Origin: Scyliorhinus canicula | Lineage: Eukaryota | NCBI RefSeq assembly: GCF_902713615.1 | Contig: NW_024055498.1 | Span: forward strand, 813,867 to 858,877 | DNA length: 45,011 nucleotides | Direction of reading: 5' to 3' | In this document: one piece after another, positions 19,907 through 31,600 of the stretch | Numbering within the stretch: the stretch's first letter is position 1 | How the letters are laid out: each line of letters begins with the position of its first letter | Translations under genes and position numbers: made by a program | The notes under the pieces: generated by a model | The model's input: only the letters and a program-made list of their open reading frames with translations | Told to the model about the DNA's origin: nothing | The model's database searches: none

Positions 19907-22900
19907 AAGCAAATATATCAAATAATTTATAATATCGAGACAGACAACAGGAACATGGTCCAGTGTAATATTAACAGAGACAGGCCCTGGTGTGATGTAA
20001 AGAGACACATTCCAGTGGAATATAAAAGAGGCGGAACTTAATGTAATATAATAATATGCATGGTTTAGTGTAATATTAATTGAGTGTGGCACAAACAGAA
20101 CAGTGTAGTATAGACAGGGACAGGATTTACTTTAATATAAATAAAGGCAGAGTCTCATTCAACTTGAGAAGAAACAGATTTGACGTAAAACAGTGACATA
20201 GAAAATAGAGCAGGAGTAAACCATTCTGTCCCTGCTCCGCTAATCATTCTGATCATGGTTGGTCATCCACATCAGTAACCTGTTTCCACTTTCCCCCCTG
20301 TCATTTGGTCCCTTTATAGCTTTGATCCCCAAGAGCTTTATCTAACGCCTTCTTGAAAACATAGAATACTTTGGACTCAACTTCGTTCTGTTGTATAGAA
20401 TTCACAGATTCACAAATCTCAGGGTGAAGACATTGCTCCTCATCTCAGTCCTAAATGGTTTACCCCGTATCCTTAGACTGTGACACCTCGTTCTAGCTTT
20501 GCCGGCCATCGGGACCATCCTTTCTGCATCCGCCCTGTCTAGTCCTGTTGTAATTTGATCGGTTTATAATCAGAGCGGAAAATGAATTAATATCTCATTA
20601 ATCAGTGTTCTCTGTTTTCTGACCCTTCTTCCAGTGAATTAAGTTTCTTCCTAACTAATCAAACAAAACCATTCCGATTTTGACCATTTTCACCAGGCCT
20701 TCCCATAACCTGCTGGGTTTTAGGAAAACAATCCCAGCTTCCAACCGCTCTGACCGTGCAGCTGATGCTATGAGAAGATCAGGTTGTACATATGTTTCTG
20801 CCTTGCTTGCATTTAGATGCTATTTTTGGAATAACTGATATTTTATATGGAGCCAATGGACTTCCCATTCACCATTACCATTGTGTCCGAATAAGACCAA
20901 GACTAATAAAAGACCAGCCTCTGAAAATCAAATTGACCCAAGTAAGACTGGACCCAGAGTTTGAACTTTAGATACACCGAGCAAAATGTCAGAATGTCAA
21001 AATACAAACCATAATAGGTTAGCAATCTTGTCTCAGTGGAATCCATGTCACCTCCCACAACAGATACCTGAGCCCATGATGCAGACCTGTGATTCAATGC
21101 AGGAGGAGTGTATTATGTTCAGTTGTTCCATCTTTTAGATGTAATGATTTCAGTCTTAGGGGTAGTTTCGCAAGATTATTACAAAACTGGTAGCCTGGAG
21201 GTCTGAACTAATACTCCAGACACAGGAGTGCAAATTCCTCCAGGGCATATTGTAATGCTGTGAACGATTTTGGTCTCCTTATGTAAGGATAGATATTTGG
21301 GGACAGTCCTGAGAAGGCTTTTTAGGTTATTCCCGAGAATGGAGGGATTTTCAAAGGCAGGTAGCATTTCACAGCACAGGAAGAGGCTCTTGGGCCCATC
21401 GGTACTCTGTCTATCAGCAAATAAAGAAGAATCCGGCCTTGAATCACAGACCTTGCGGTAAACAGCCAAACACGCTGACCAATTGCACCACAGACACTGA
21501 CATGAGGAGAGCTTAAGTAGGTTAGGACTACACGTATTGGAGTTTAGAAGAATGAGAGGCGAAGTTGCTGAGATGTATAGTTTTATCAGGGCACTTGCCA
21601 GTGTAGATGTTAAAGGTTGTTCGGCTTCTGGGAGGGTCTAGGACCATAGGGCACAATCTCAGTGTAAGGTGCCACTCATTTCAGACGAGGATGAGGAGGA
21701 ATTTCTTCTCTCAGAGGGTAGTGATTCTCTAGAATTCTTTGCCATAGTGAGTTGGCCTGGTCAATAAATATATTCAAGGCTCAGACAGACAGATTCTTCA
21801 TCAGTAAGGGAATCAAGGGTTATGGGGATGATGTGGAGTTGAGGATTTGACCAGATTTGCCACAAACTCATCGAATGGCAGATTAGATTCCATGGGCCGA
21901 ATGGCCAATTTCTGCTCCTAGATCTTCTGGTTTTATGGCAGCTGTAGATACTTTCAATTGAATGACTTAATCCATCAGAAAAAAAATCAGCGTGTCATTT
22001 ATAATACTTATGAAGCTATCGAACTTTCGCAACGCCCAGCAGGTTCACCAAAGTCCTTCAGGAGAAGAAAGCTTCCTTCCTTACTCTGTCTGGCCCATAT
22101 GTGACTCTAGTTCAGCAATGATGTGGTTGACTGTTGACTATCTCTGATATTGCCGAGCAAGCAAGTCAGTTCAACGGAACATGCTACAGAAAGTCAAATG
22201 TCAATAAAATCGATCGAAGTGCACCTTATTAAAAAGGTGGTTCACATCCGGCTTCTCAGGATGGACAGTTAATGATGGCTATATGGCGAGAATGAATGCA
22301 AAACTGTGCAAAGTGCTGCAGGTTCTGGAAATCTAAAACAAAAGCAACAAAAAAGGCTGCTCAGCAGGTCAGTGGGCATCAGTAGAGAGAGGAACAGATT
22401 CACATTTCAGGGGGGTTACCTCACTGATATAATTCTAAAGAGCAGAGCTGCTTTTCCCAGCATCTTGGACCAATGTCCGTTCTTCATCTAAAATCACAAA
22501 TTAGCTGGTCACTTATCCCATCTCCATTTGTGGGAGCTTGCTGTGCACAAATTCCCTGCTCTGTTTCCAACATTACAGCACTGACTAAATTCAGCAAAAA
22601 TATATCAGTGCGTTTTAAGGGCGTTGGGATGACCTGAGGTCGGGTAAAGCTTTTTACAAAAGCAAGCTCTTTCCAAATGTTAACATTTTAAAATGCAGGT
22701 TGTAATATGTTGAAAGATCTGAGATTGATGTGACTACAGATCAATCCTCTGCCTGATGTTTCAATTTATTTACTTTAAATTGGTTAATATTTCAGTCAAT
22801 TTAACATTCAGTGGAAAAGTAGCTGGTTAAAGATGCATTATTAATTGAGGTATCAGAACTTTTAGAATGAATACTTAATTTAAAGTATGTTTTATTTCAA

Positions 22901-23416
22901 TTAAGTAACATCTGTTCTAATGGAAGTTTCTATTCATTTAACCAACTGTCAACATTCTTAAAATAAACCGCTATTTTGAGTTGAAACTAATCAATAAGTG
23001 ACTGTGTTTATCTCGTATTGCTGAAATGAACATTTCATTGTGACCAGTGAGGTTTTTATGTAAATAAACTCATAAATAGAAGTTCCAGATTAGATTGCGG
23101 ACTGAGAAAAGCAAAACAAATGTTTCCCCACCAACACAGCACAGAAATAGAGCAAAATTGCAAATAGATCAACGGATTCCAGTAGCGTTTGTTTTTCGAC
23201 ATTTTTTTATTCATCGGTTATATGAGAAAAATGTCATTATGCTACCCATGTTCATAATTAGGAAAGATTCCCTCCAATCTCTAAATATAAGGACATGTCA
23301 AGTGGGTTAGTAGAATTTTCCTCTATCCTATCTCTTTCTGTGTCTTTCTCATAACTGGTTCTATCTCATGTCCCTCCACGAAGGGTCATTGTCTTTAATC
23401 GACATGTGGCCAACAC

Positions 23417-23553
23417 TAATAACAATTTTACTGTGAAAAGCCCCGAGTCGCCACATTCCGGCGCTTGTTTAGATAAGATGGAACTGAACCCGCGCTGCTG
23501 GTCTTGTTCTGCATCACTAACCAGCTGCCTAGCCCACTGAGCTAAGCCAGCCC
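23417..23553 (-). mobile_element. Short SINE, same head as 17551, tail partly deleted
   Basis: Reverse complement begins GGGCTGGCTTAGCTCAGTGGGCTAG and ends ..GGCTTTTCACAGTAAAATTG. Absent in copy A (~17225). Confidence 0.75.
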
Positions 23554-23659
23554 TCTCACCCCGTTGGCTTTCAACTAAATGGATCGAATCCGATGTATTG
23601 GAATCCGTAGAGGGACTTTTACGCTAAAATGAGGTTGGAGCATTCAATGACCTTGGAGT

Positions 23660-24230
23660 GTTTAATGAGAACTGTAGAGACAATTTTCCTCTATATCTGA
23701 TTTGGGATTCACATGGTGGTTGAGGGTTTTACGTGGCAGGGCCGAAGAATCTTTCCTTGCACTTAATCAAGCTGCCAGGACATTTGAGCATTTGACTGAA
23801 CAGTGTAGAGCAAGCTTTACTTGCATGTAACCTGCACTGAACCTGCTCTGTGAGTGTTTGATATGACTCTGCACAGGGAGATGTACTCCGTACCTGAACT
23901 GTGCTGCACCTGACCTGGGTGAGTTTGATGGGAAAATGCAGAGATTTCTTTACCCAGTAACTAACCCTACTGTAAACCTGTCTTGGGGACCTCTGAAGGA
24001 AGAGTGTAGAAGAGGTTTTGCCTTGTATTGAACTCTTGGTTTCTCGGCCTTTAATGTGTTTGAGCGAGTTATGTTGAGGGAATTTAATTATATATCTAAA
24101 CAATCTGCAGCTGCTCTGAGAATGTTTGATGGGGACAGTGTAAGGGAGTTTCTCTTTGTCACCAATCTGTGATGTACCTGTCCTGCGGGTGTTTGAAGGG
24201 ACAGTCGTCGCTGGCTCTGTATTGAACCAA
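23660..24230 (+). repeat. Degenerate ~66-bp tandem repeat (GTGTTTGATGGG...AGCTTTACTCTGTATCTAAC family)
   Basis: GTTTGA landmarks recur about every 66 bp. Related patches at ~8420-8850 and 17350-17455. Confidence 0.6.
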
Positions 24231-24859
24231 GCCGTGACCCCGTCTCTGTTTATATTATACTACCTTGTACCTGTGTCATTTTATATTAAATAATGGCCTA
24301 TTTCTCTTTGTTCATATTAAACCAGGCCACCAATTAGAGGGCATGTCTTGAGCAATAAGGCGTTTAGGAGTTATTGGGAGAAGGCAGGAGAATGGAGATT
24401 AGAAACATTAGGAACATGGTTTAATGGCGGAGCAGTCTCGATGGGCCGAATGGTCTAATTCTGCTCCGAAATGCTATGGAGTTATGGACCCTGTTTGTCT
24501 CTCTTTACATTAACCTAGAACCTGACTCTGTTTTCATTCATTTAAACCTGTCTCTGTATTACATTTGATACAGCCTCAGTTCTGCCCTGGGCCATATCTC
24601 TGTTCATATTACATTGGACCCGGCCTCAGTAATTGCTGCGGTAGACCATGCACAATAATTTGGAAAGTAGCCAATTGTGAAGATTTTAAAAAAACTGAGG
24701 GGAAAGTGATCGTCTAAAATTCTTCAGCAAGCAATGCTGATCTATGTCCAGATACACGTCATAGTCTGTCTTGTCAGCGCCCTAGACGCACCTACATACA
24801 TGCGCAGATCTCCCTGATCTTCTTGCAGCCACTCCAACTTGTACAACTGAACTTCTATT

Positions 24860-27130
24860 GCCTGGGCCTAGTGCAATAAACTAAGGGAATGGAATAGTTG
24901 TAATTGTGTAACATAAACAAAGGAGCATTAGATACATAACTGAGACAGGACCTAATGTTGCAGCAACATTCATTCTCTTCACAGCAGTCACACAGTAGCT
25001 GCATTGTGTAACATCGACGGGATGCACTGCAGCAACTCGCCATGATTTCTTCAACAGCACCTTCCATACCCGAGACCTCCGAGAATCACAAGGGCAGCAA
25101 GCACATGGAAACACAATACTCTGCATCCGCCTACACAAACAACTCTCTGGGGTAGGAATTGGTCTTGGGCACTGGCAAAGAAGAAATGCCAACTGAAATC
25201 TAATTCGGCTGACTGCACTGAAAATGAATATCAAATGTTGCATAGCACACACTGTACACACTATACATCCCGTTTCAGGCTGTTTCCCTATACTGATTTC
25301 TTGTCCAAAATATCTATTCATTATATTATCTTTCCATCTCAAAGACATGTGGAATGATGCGCCCACAATACAAAATAGAGGCATCGTCTGATGCATTAAT
25401 AAAAGTGAGCAGATCTCAGAAAAAAATAGGCAGATTCAGGATCAAATATAGAATCCCTACAGGGCAGAAGGCCACTCGGTCCATAGCATCTGCCCCGACC
25501 TCTTAAAGAACACCTTCCGCAATCCCCTGCCTTTGCACCATAACCTGCGCATCACTGGACACTAAGGGGCAATTTAGAATGGCCAATAAACTTAACCTAC
25601 ATATTTTTGGATTATGGGAGGAAACAGGAGCATCTGGACGAAAGCTACTCAGACACAGGGAGAAAGTGCAAACTCCACATGGATCGTCAAGAATTGAACC
25701 CTGGAGTTATGAGGCAGCAGTGCTAACCACTGTGCCACCGTGCCGCCCCTAACATAATCAGAGACTGGGTCTAGTGCAATATAAACTGAATTCTGGTCTA
25801 GCGGAGTGTCGATTGATACAAATCGAGACATGACTAATGCAGCAATAAGAGGGATATCGTACAACACAAGAATAACAGGGGCAGGGACTAGTGTTATATA
25901 AACAGGGACATGGACAGGTGTAGAATTAAGCAAAGCAGCATTGAGTTTATTAGAATCTAACTATCTTGTCGAGTAATAGCTGAGACCGAACCACGTGATG
26001 CAAACAGAATGTTGTTCCAGTTACGATGCACAGATAAACGTTCTGATGCTGTAACCATTGTGACGTGTTTCGTGCCAGACTAACTGAGACATGATTCAGT
26101 GCAGTTATTATTAATGAATTGTAATATATACAGGGCGTGGGCCTGTATATTAACAACTGATATTCAGCCGAGTGCAGGAAAACTGAGACAGGACCTGCTG
26201 CAATGTGATAGAGACACGGCGAGTGTAATTTAAACAGAGGCGGGGGTCAGGTGAATGTAAGCTGAGAGATATGTTTAAAATGATTTAATGCCATCTTGGT
26301 GTCACCAGTAACGTCAGCATTTGATGCCAATTCCTAATTGCCCTTGGAAATGTGGTGTTGAGCCCGCTTATTGAACCATTGCATTCCATTCTGAGCAAGT
26401 CCACCCACAGAGCTGACAGGAAGGGAGTTCCAGGATTTTGACCAGTGACAGTGAAGGAACAGAGGTATTGTTCCCATCTTCTGCACTGCAAATTCTATGA
26501 AATCTATGAAGATGGCGTGAGGCTTATCGGGGAACTTGCAGGTCTTGCTGTTATAATGCGTCTGCCGGGCCTGGTCCTTTTAAATGCCTGCGTTCGTGGG
26601 TTTGGAAGGTGGTACAGAAGGAGGCAGTTGCTGCAGTAGATCCTTCTATATCGTTAACGCTGCTAGAATTGTACACCCGTGATGCAGGGAGTGAATGTTT
26701 CAGCTGGTGGATGGGGTGTTCCTCGAGCCGGCCACTTTGTCCTGGATGACGTTGAGATTCTCGAGTGTTGCTTGAGGGGCGCACTTCAGACAAATGGAGA
26801 ATATTCAGTTAAACTCCTGACTTCTGCCTTCTAGATGATGAGTAGTGGTTGGGAAGTCAGGAGGTGAGTAACTCACCGCAAAATTTCCAGCTACTGATCT
26901 GCTCTTGTAGCCACATTATTTAAATGGTTCTTCCAGTGCAGTTTTTCATCAATGCTAATGATGGTGGGGGATTCAATCAATGTAGTGTCATTTAAAATCA
27001 AGGGGAGATGGTTAGAATCTCCCTTTTGGGGTGGTCATTGCCTGACACTTGTCAGCCCAAGCTTGAATGTTGTCCAAGTCTTACTGTAAATGAAGACAGA
27101 CTGCTTCAGTATTTGAGGAATCGAATTTGA
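24860..27130 (-). mobile_element. Patchwork of decayed LINE 3' remnants (24860-25260, 26285-27130) and a - strand SINE (25447-25748)
   Basis: Similar to 1-500 and 30880-31600. The SINE has the GGGCGGCACGGTGGCACAGTGGTTAGCAC head and a CR1-type tail. Confidence 0.6.
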
Positions 27131-27136
27131 GGAATG

Positions 27137-27465
27137 GGGCAGCACGGTAGCATTGTGGATAGCACAATCGCTTCACATCTCCAGGGTCCCAGGTTCGATT
27201 CCGGCTTGGGTCACTGTCTGTGCGGAGTCTGCACATTTTCCCCGTGGGTGCGTGGGTTTCCTCCGGGTGCTTCGGTTTCCTCTCACAGTCCAAAGATGTG
27301 TAGGTTAGGTAGATTGGCCATGATAAATTGCCCTTAGTGTTGGGTGGGGTTACTGGGTTATGGGGATAGGGTGGAGGTGTTAACCTTGGGTAGGGTGCTC
27401 TTTCCAGGAGTCGGTGCAGAATCGATGGGCCGAATGGCCTCCTTCTGCACTATGAAATCTATGAA
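27137..27465 (+). mobile_element. Full-length HE1-like SINE, CR1-type tail variant
   Basis: Head GGGCAGCACGGTAGCATTGTGG; tail GATGGGCCGAATGGCCTCCTTCTGCACT..TCTATGAA. Confidence 0.85.
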
Positions 27466-28612
27466 TATGGTGCAGAACATTGGGTAATCATCAGCGAACA
27501 TCCCCACTTCTGATCTTATGATGAAGGGTGAAGCTAGGGCCGGGGCACTATGCTAGGAAAATATACGTGACAGGATGCTCCTTGACACTTTTCATGAAGT
27601 TGCTGATGATCGAATGCGGACTGATGGGCCAATAATTGGCCGGGTTGGATTTTTCCTGCCTTATGTGGACGGGTCATGTTTGGCAATGTTACACGTTGTT
27701 GGGTACATGTCAGTGCTGGAGCAACTTGTCTGGGGCGCAGCCAGTTCCAGGCCACACATCTTCAGTATTGCTGCTAGAATGTTGCCAGGGATAATGCATT
27801 AGCAGCGCCGTCAGCCGTTTCTTGATATCGTGTGGAGTGAATCAAATTTGCTGAAGATTGACATCCATGATGATGCAGACCACCGGAGGAGGCCGAGATG
27901 GATCATCCTCTCGGCACCTCGGGCAGAAACTTTCAGTCTTGTTTTTTACACTGACGTGCTGGGCTCCCGCATCATTGAAGAGGGGAATTTTATTGAGGCT
28001 CCTATTCTGGCCTTTTGTTTATTTATTCATTACTATTCAGGACTGGATGAGGCAAAACTGCAGAGTCAGATCCTGTATATTGATAATAGGATCACATTGA
28101 TTGTGTGATATAAACATTGACAAGTACTGGTGCAGTATTAATTGAAACAGAGTGTCCTGTATTATAAACAAAGGCAGAGTCTAGTCTAACAAAAATACAG
28201 ATGGATTCAAATTTAAAATTAACAGAGACAGGGATCAGTGCAGTAATTATTGAGGCAATGTCTGCTTCATGTAATGCAAGACATCTGGATTTAAATTCCA
28301 TCTGCTGGCCAAACTTTGCAATTGCAGTTGCTGTGAAAATGTCGCTGTCAGGTATAATCCATGATATTGATGTATCCATTATCCATTTCCACAAATGTAA
28401 TATCACATCTCCTTCTACGGGTGGTACCAAAATTGAAGGTGTAACTAATCGCAGGTGTCCGTGGCTGATTCTCCCACATTGAGTTCAGCACTAGAGCAAA
28501 GCGGCTCAATTCCTGATAAAGCGTTTTTGTTCACCTTTGTTAAATAGAGGAATGTTTACCTGGGCGTTGTGTGGAGTCCATGGGAAATTTAACGTTCATC
28601 TCACAAACATAG

Positions 28613-30002
28613 TGTTAGGGAGAGTTTTGTTGATTTATTATACCACCTGGAAGATGGTTGGGGCCATTGTGTCCGAAGCTTCCCAGGAAGTTAACATGGG
28701 ATTTTAATTTTAAAGGGGAAATGTGTGTGTGCGTGTAAGACAGAGAGAATGTGTGTGTGAGAGGCTTGAAGTTAAAACTCACCACTATTCTTAGAATTCC
28801 CCCTATACCAAAAAAAGGTCGATATTCTAAATGGTGAACAGGGATTCTCACTCCCTGACTCCAATGCAGGCTTCTGTGGGTGCTATTCAGGTCAAACTAT
28901 CTTTTCAAGTTATCCCCCGGCATAACCCATACCTTCACCGAAGAATTTTACCTACTTACCCCTTAATAGCATTGATGTCCTGGGTCCTGCGTTATTAAGG
29001 AAGTGAAGTAAGCTAATAACCACTTTTTCAGGTTAAGTTATTTTTATTATTATATTTTTTCTTTTAAAAGCTGCAAACACTTTCTTTACAGAAAGGAAAA
29101 AAGATCTTGCTTCTGGCTGCTGGTTGGTTGAAGGGACCTTCAGGTCCACGACACTCAATCTTCTTTAAATTCTGGTCTTCTTGGGATGTATTCGCTGGTT
29201 AGCTCTGTTGCTGTGTCTTGTCGATCCATGTACCGAGCTGTGAGAGCTGGCTCTGGCTCTTGTTTAAATTCTAGTCTTCCTTAGATGTATAACTGTTTAA
29301 ACTCGGCTGCTTGCCTTGTCTTTCCCATGACCGAGCTCTCTCTCTCTCTCTGAGTTCTCCTCCCCTTCTCTCCTGTTGCTGGTTTCACCTGTCCTCTGTC
29401 CTTGTTGCTGCTGCTCCCTGGGTTTATATTCTCTTTCTGAGAGTTATTAAGTTCTAACGACTTTATTGTAAATGGGCTTGTTTCACTTTGATAGTTTAAA
29501 AGTATCTTTGATGTAAACATCTTACTACAACTAATTATTCATTTTGGGCATATCGTCTTCTCTCAGATTTCATTTAAAAATGCTTTGGTTTCAATAGTTA
29601 ACTTTTATTTCTGTGATTTCGAATCGTTTAATTTTCCAATTGTCCCCAGCTCATAACTTTGCCTTTGATTTTGACTTAAATGATGTTTCTCGTAGACAGG
29701 TCGTCTCCAATTTTCTTTAATTGACTTGATGTTCGTAGAATTTTACACTTTAAAATTGACACCAAATTCGACTGGGCATCTTCCATCCTTTCCAGCTGTT
29801 TACTAAGAGAGTTTATTTCAATTAAGGTGTGAAACTTTGCTTTTAGCTGTATGCTAAAATTTAACTTGGTTATGACTTGAAAGACTTGCCTGTTTTAAAC
29901 ATTCGTCACTTAATGCAATTGAAACTCTCATCCATGCTTTTTCAGATGCTTCCTGAGATAGTTACATTCCATGAAGGTGTGAGCCATTGTATTAGCTTAC
30001 CA
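28613..30002 (-). mobile_element. Possible long LTR-like insertion (~1.4 kb)
   Basis: Ends TGTTAGGG...CTTACCA (TG..CA). On the - strand there is AATAAA ~20 nt from the end (plus TTTATT 28634-39) and TATAAA near 29423. No clean TSD found. Confidence 0.3.
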
Positions 30003-30879
30003 CATGAAACCTGTGTGTTTGCTAAGCCTGTTTGTGAGCAAGAATCTGCATTTTACAACCCTGCTCTTTGCAGCTGCTATTAAACTTTTGTGGGATCTTT
30101 CCCTGTATCCTCTCAAACCAGATATTGCCAGGCTTCCATGTTTCAAATGACACATTTTTCTGTATTTTCAAGAACAGGCTGTGGGTGTGCGTGGGGGGGG
30201 GGGGGGGGGGGGGGGCTGTGTTTGTGTGAAACACATGTTGCGTACAAATTTCACAAAGGCCACGGCATCCTTCTATTTCCAGTAGATACACAGCAAATAG
30301 ATCCACAAATGTTGCACATGAAGCTCCCAATTGTCGTTTTCTCGGTTTGTGTCTATTTCAAAGCAGCTAAATCCACTGGTCCTGGTGGTTCACACCAGCC
30401 CACCGACAGTGTCGAATGTTTATTGAAATTGATGTAAGTAATGTGAAGAGGTAGACATGTGGCAGAGGGAGCAGATCGTGTCCAGAGTAAATCTTGCGAC
30501 ACAAACACAGCACCTTCCAGCAACATTCCGCCTGCAAGCAGATGAAGCGTTTAAAGGAAGGCCAGCAAAGGCCTTCCCAGTGATGCTGAGTGAGCTGTCA
30601 ATATTTGTTGCACTTCCCTCTGTCCACTTTGTTTTCCGATATTGGTTATGATTTTACATCATGAATCTCCTGTGGGATGGCTTATGCCTTCCAGCAGAGA
30701 AGGCGGAGGCCATAAATGTTCAGAAACATAGTAATTATATTCACCAATTTTCATTAATTTATGATATAAATGATTAGATTCACCAATTGCCATCGTTCCA
30801 CAAAGCCCTGTTTTAAATGAAGTTATACGGTGTGAGCATCAAGGGCAAGGTCATGATTTATTGTCGATCGCTAATTGCC

Positions 30880-31600
30880 TTTCACAAAGAGGCGGTGAAA
30901 TGCATGCTTGATACTCTGCAGTCATTCTGGTATCGGTACACTGACGATGCTGTTAGGGAGAGAGTTCTAGGCTTTTGAACCAGCGACAGCGAAGATTCGG
31001 TGATATATTTCCAAGTTAGGATAGTGAATGATTTGGAGGGGAATTTCCAGGTGGTGATCTTACGATGTATCAGCTGCCTTTTCCTTCTAGAAGGATATGG
31101 TCCTGGGTTCAGAAAGTGTTTCGAAAGGAGATTTGCTGCTTTCCTGTAGTGCATCTTGTGGATGGAACATTATTACCATTATTCGCCGGAGGTGGATGGA
31201 ATGAGTGTTTGCACACGGGGTGACAATAAAGCTACTTTGGTCTGGATGGTGTCGAGCTTCTTGAATTTTGTTGGAGCTGCACCCAGCCAGGCAACTGGAG
31301 AGTATTCGATTACACTCCTGGCTTATGCTTTGTAGATAGTGAACAGGCTTTGGGAGTCACGAGGTGAGTTGCTCACCGCAGGCTTCCTAGACGCTGATCG
31401 GATCTTGTAGCCTCAGCATTTATATGGTCAGTCCAGTACAGTTTCTGGTGGTAACCCCAGTGTATTGATCGTGGGGAATTCAGCGATGACAATATCAGTG
31501 AATGTCAAGGAGCGATGGTTAGATTCTATTTTGGTGGAGATGGTCATTGTTTAGCAATTCCGTGGCGAATATCACCAATTGTCACGAGTCACAAAGTTAA
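30880..31600 (-). mobile_element. Decayed LINE 3' remnant (same family as 1-500)
   Basis: Shared motifs CAGCGAAGATTCGGTGATATATTTCCAAG, GGTGTCGAGCTTCTTG, AGGCTTTGGGAGTCA. Confidence 0.6.

Larger units (their letters stand above)
17460..23760 (+). repeat. Tandem segmental duplication, copy B
   Basis: See copy A. Each copy carries insertions absent from the other. Confidence 0.9.
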
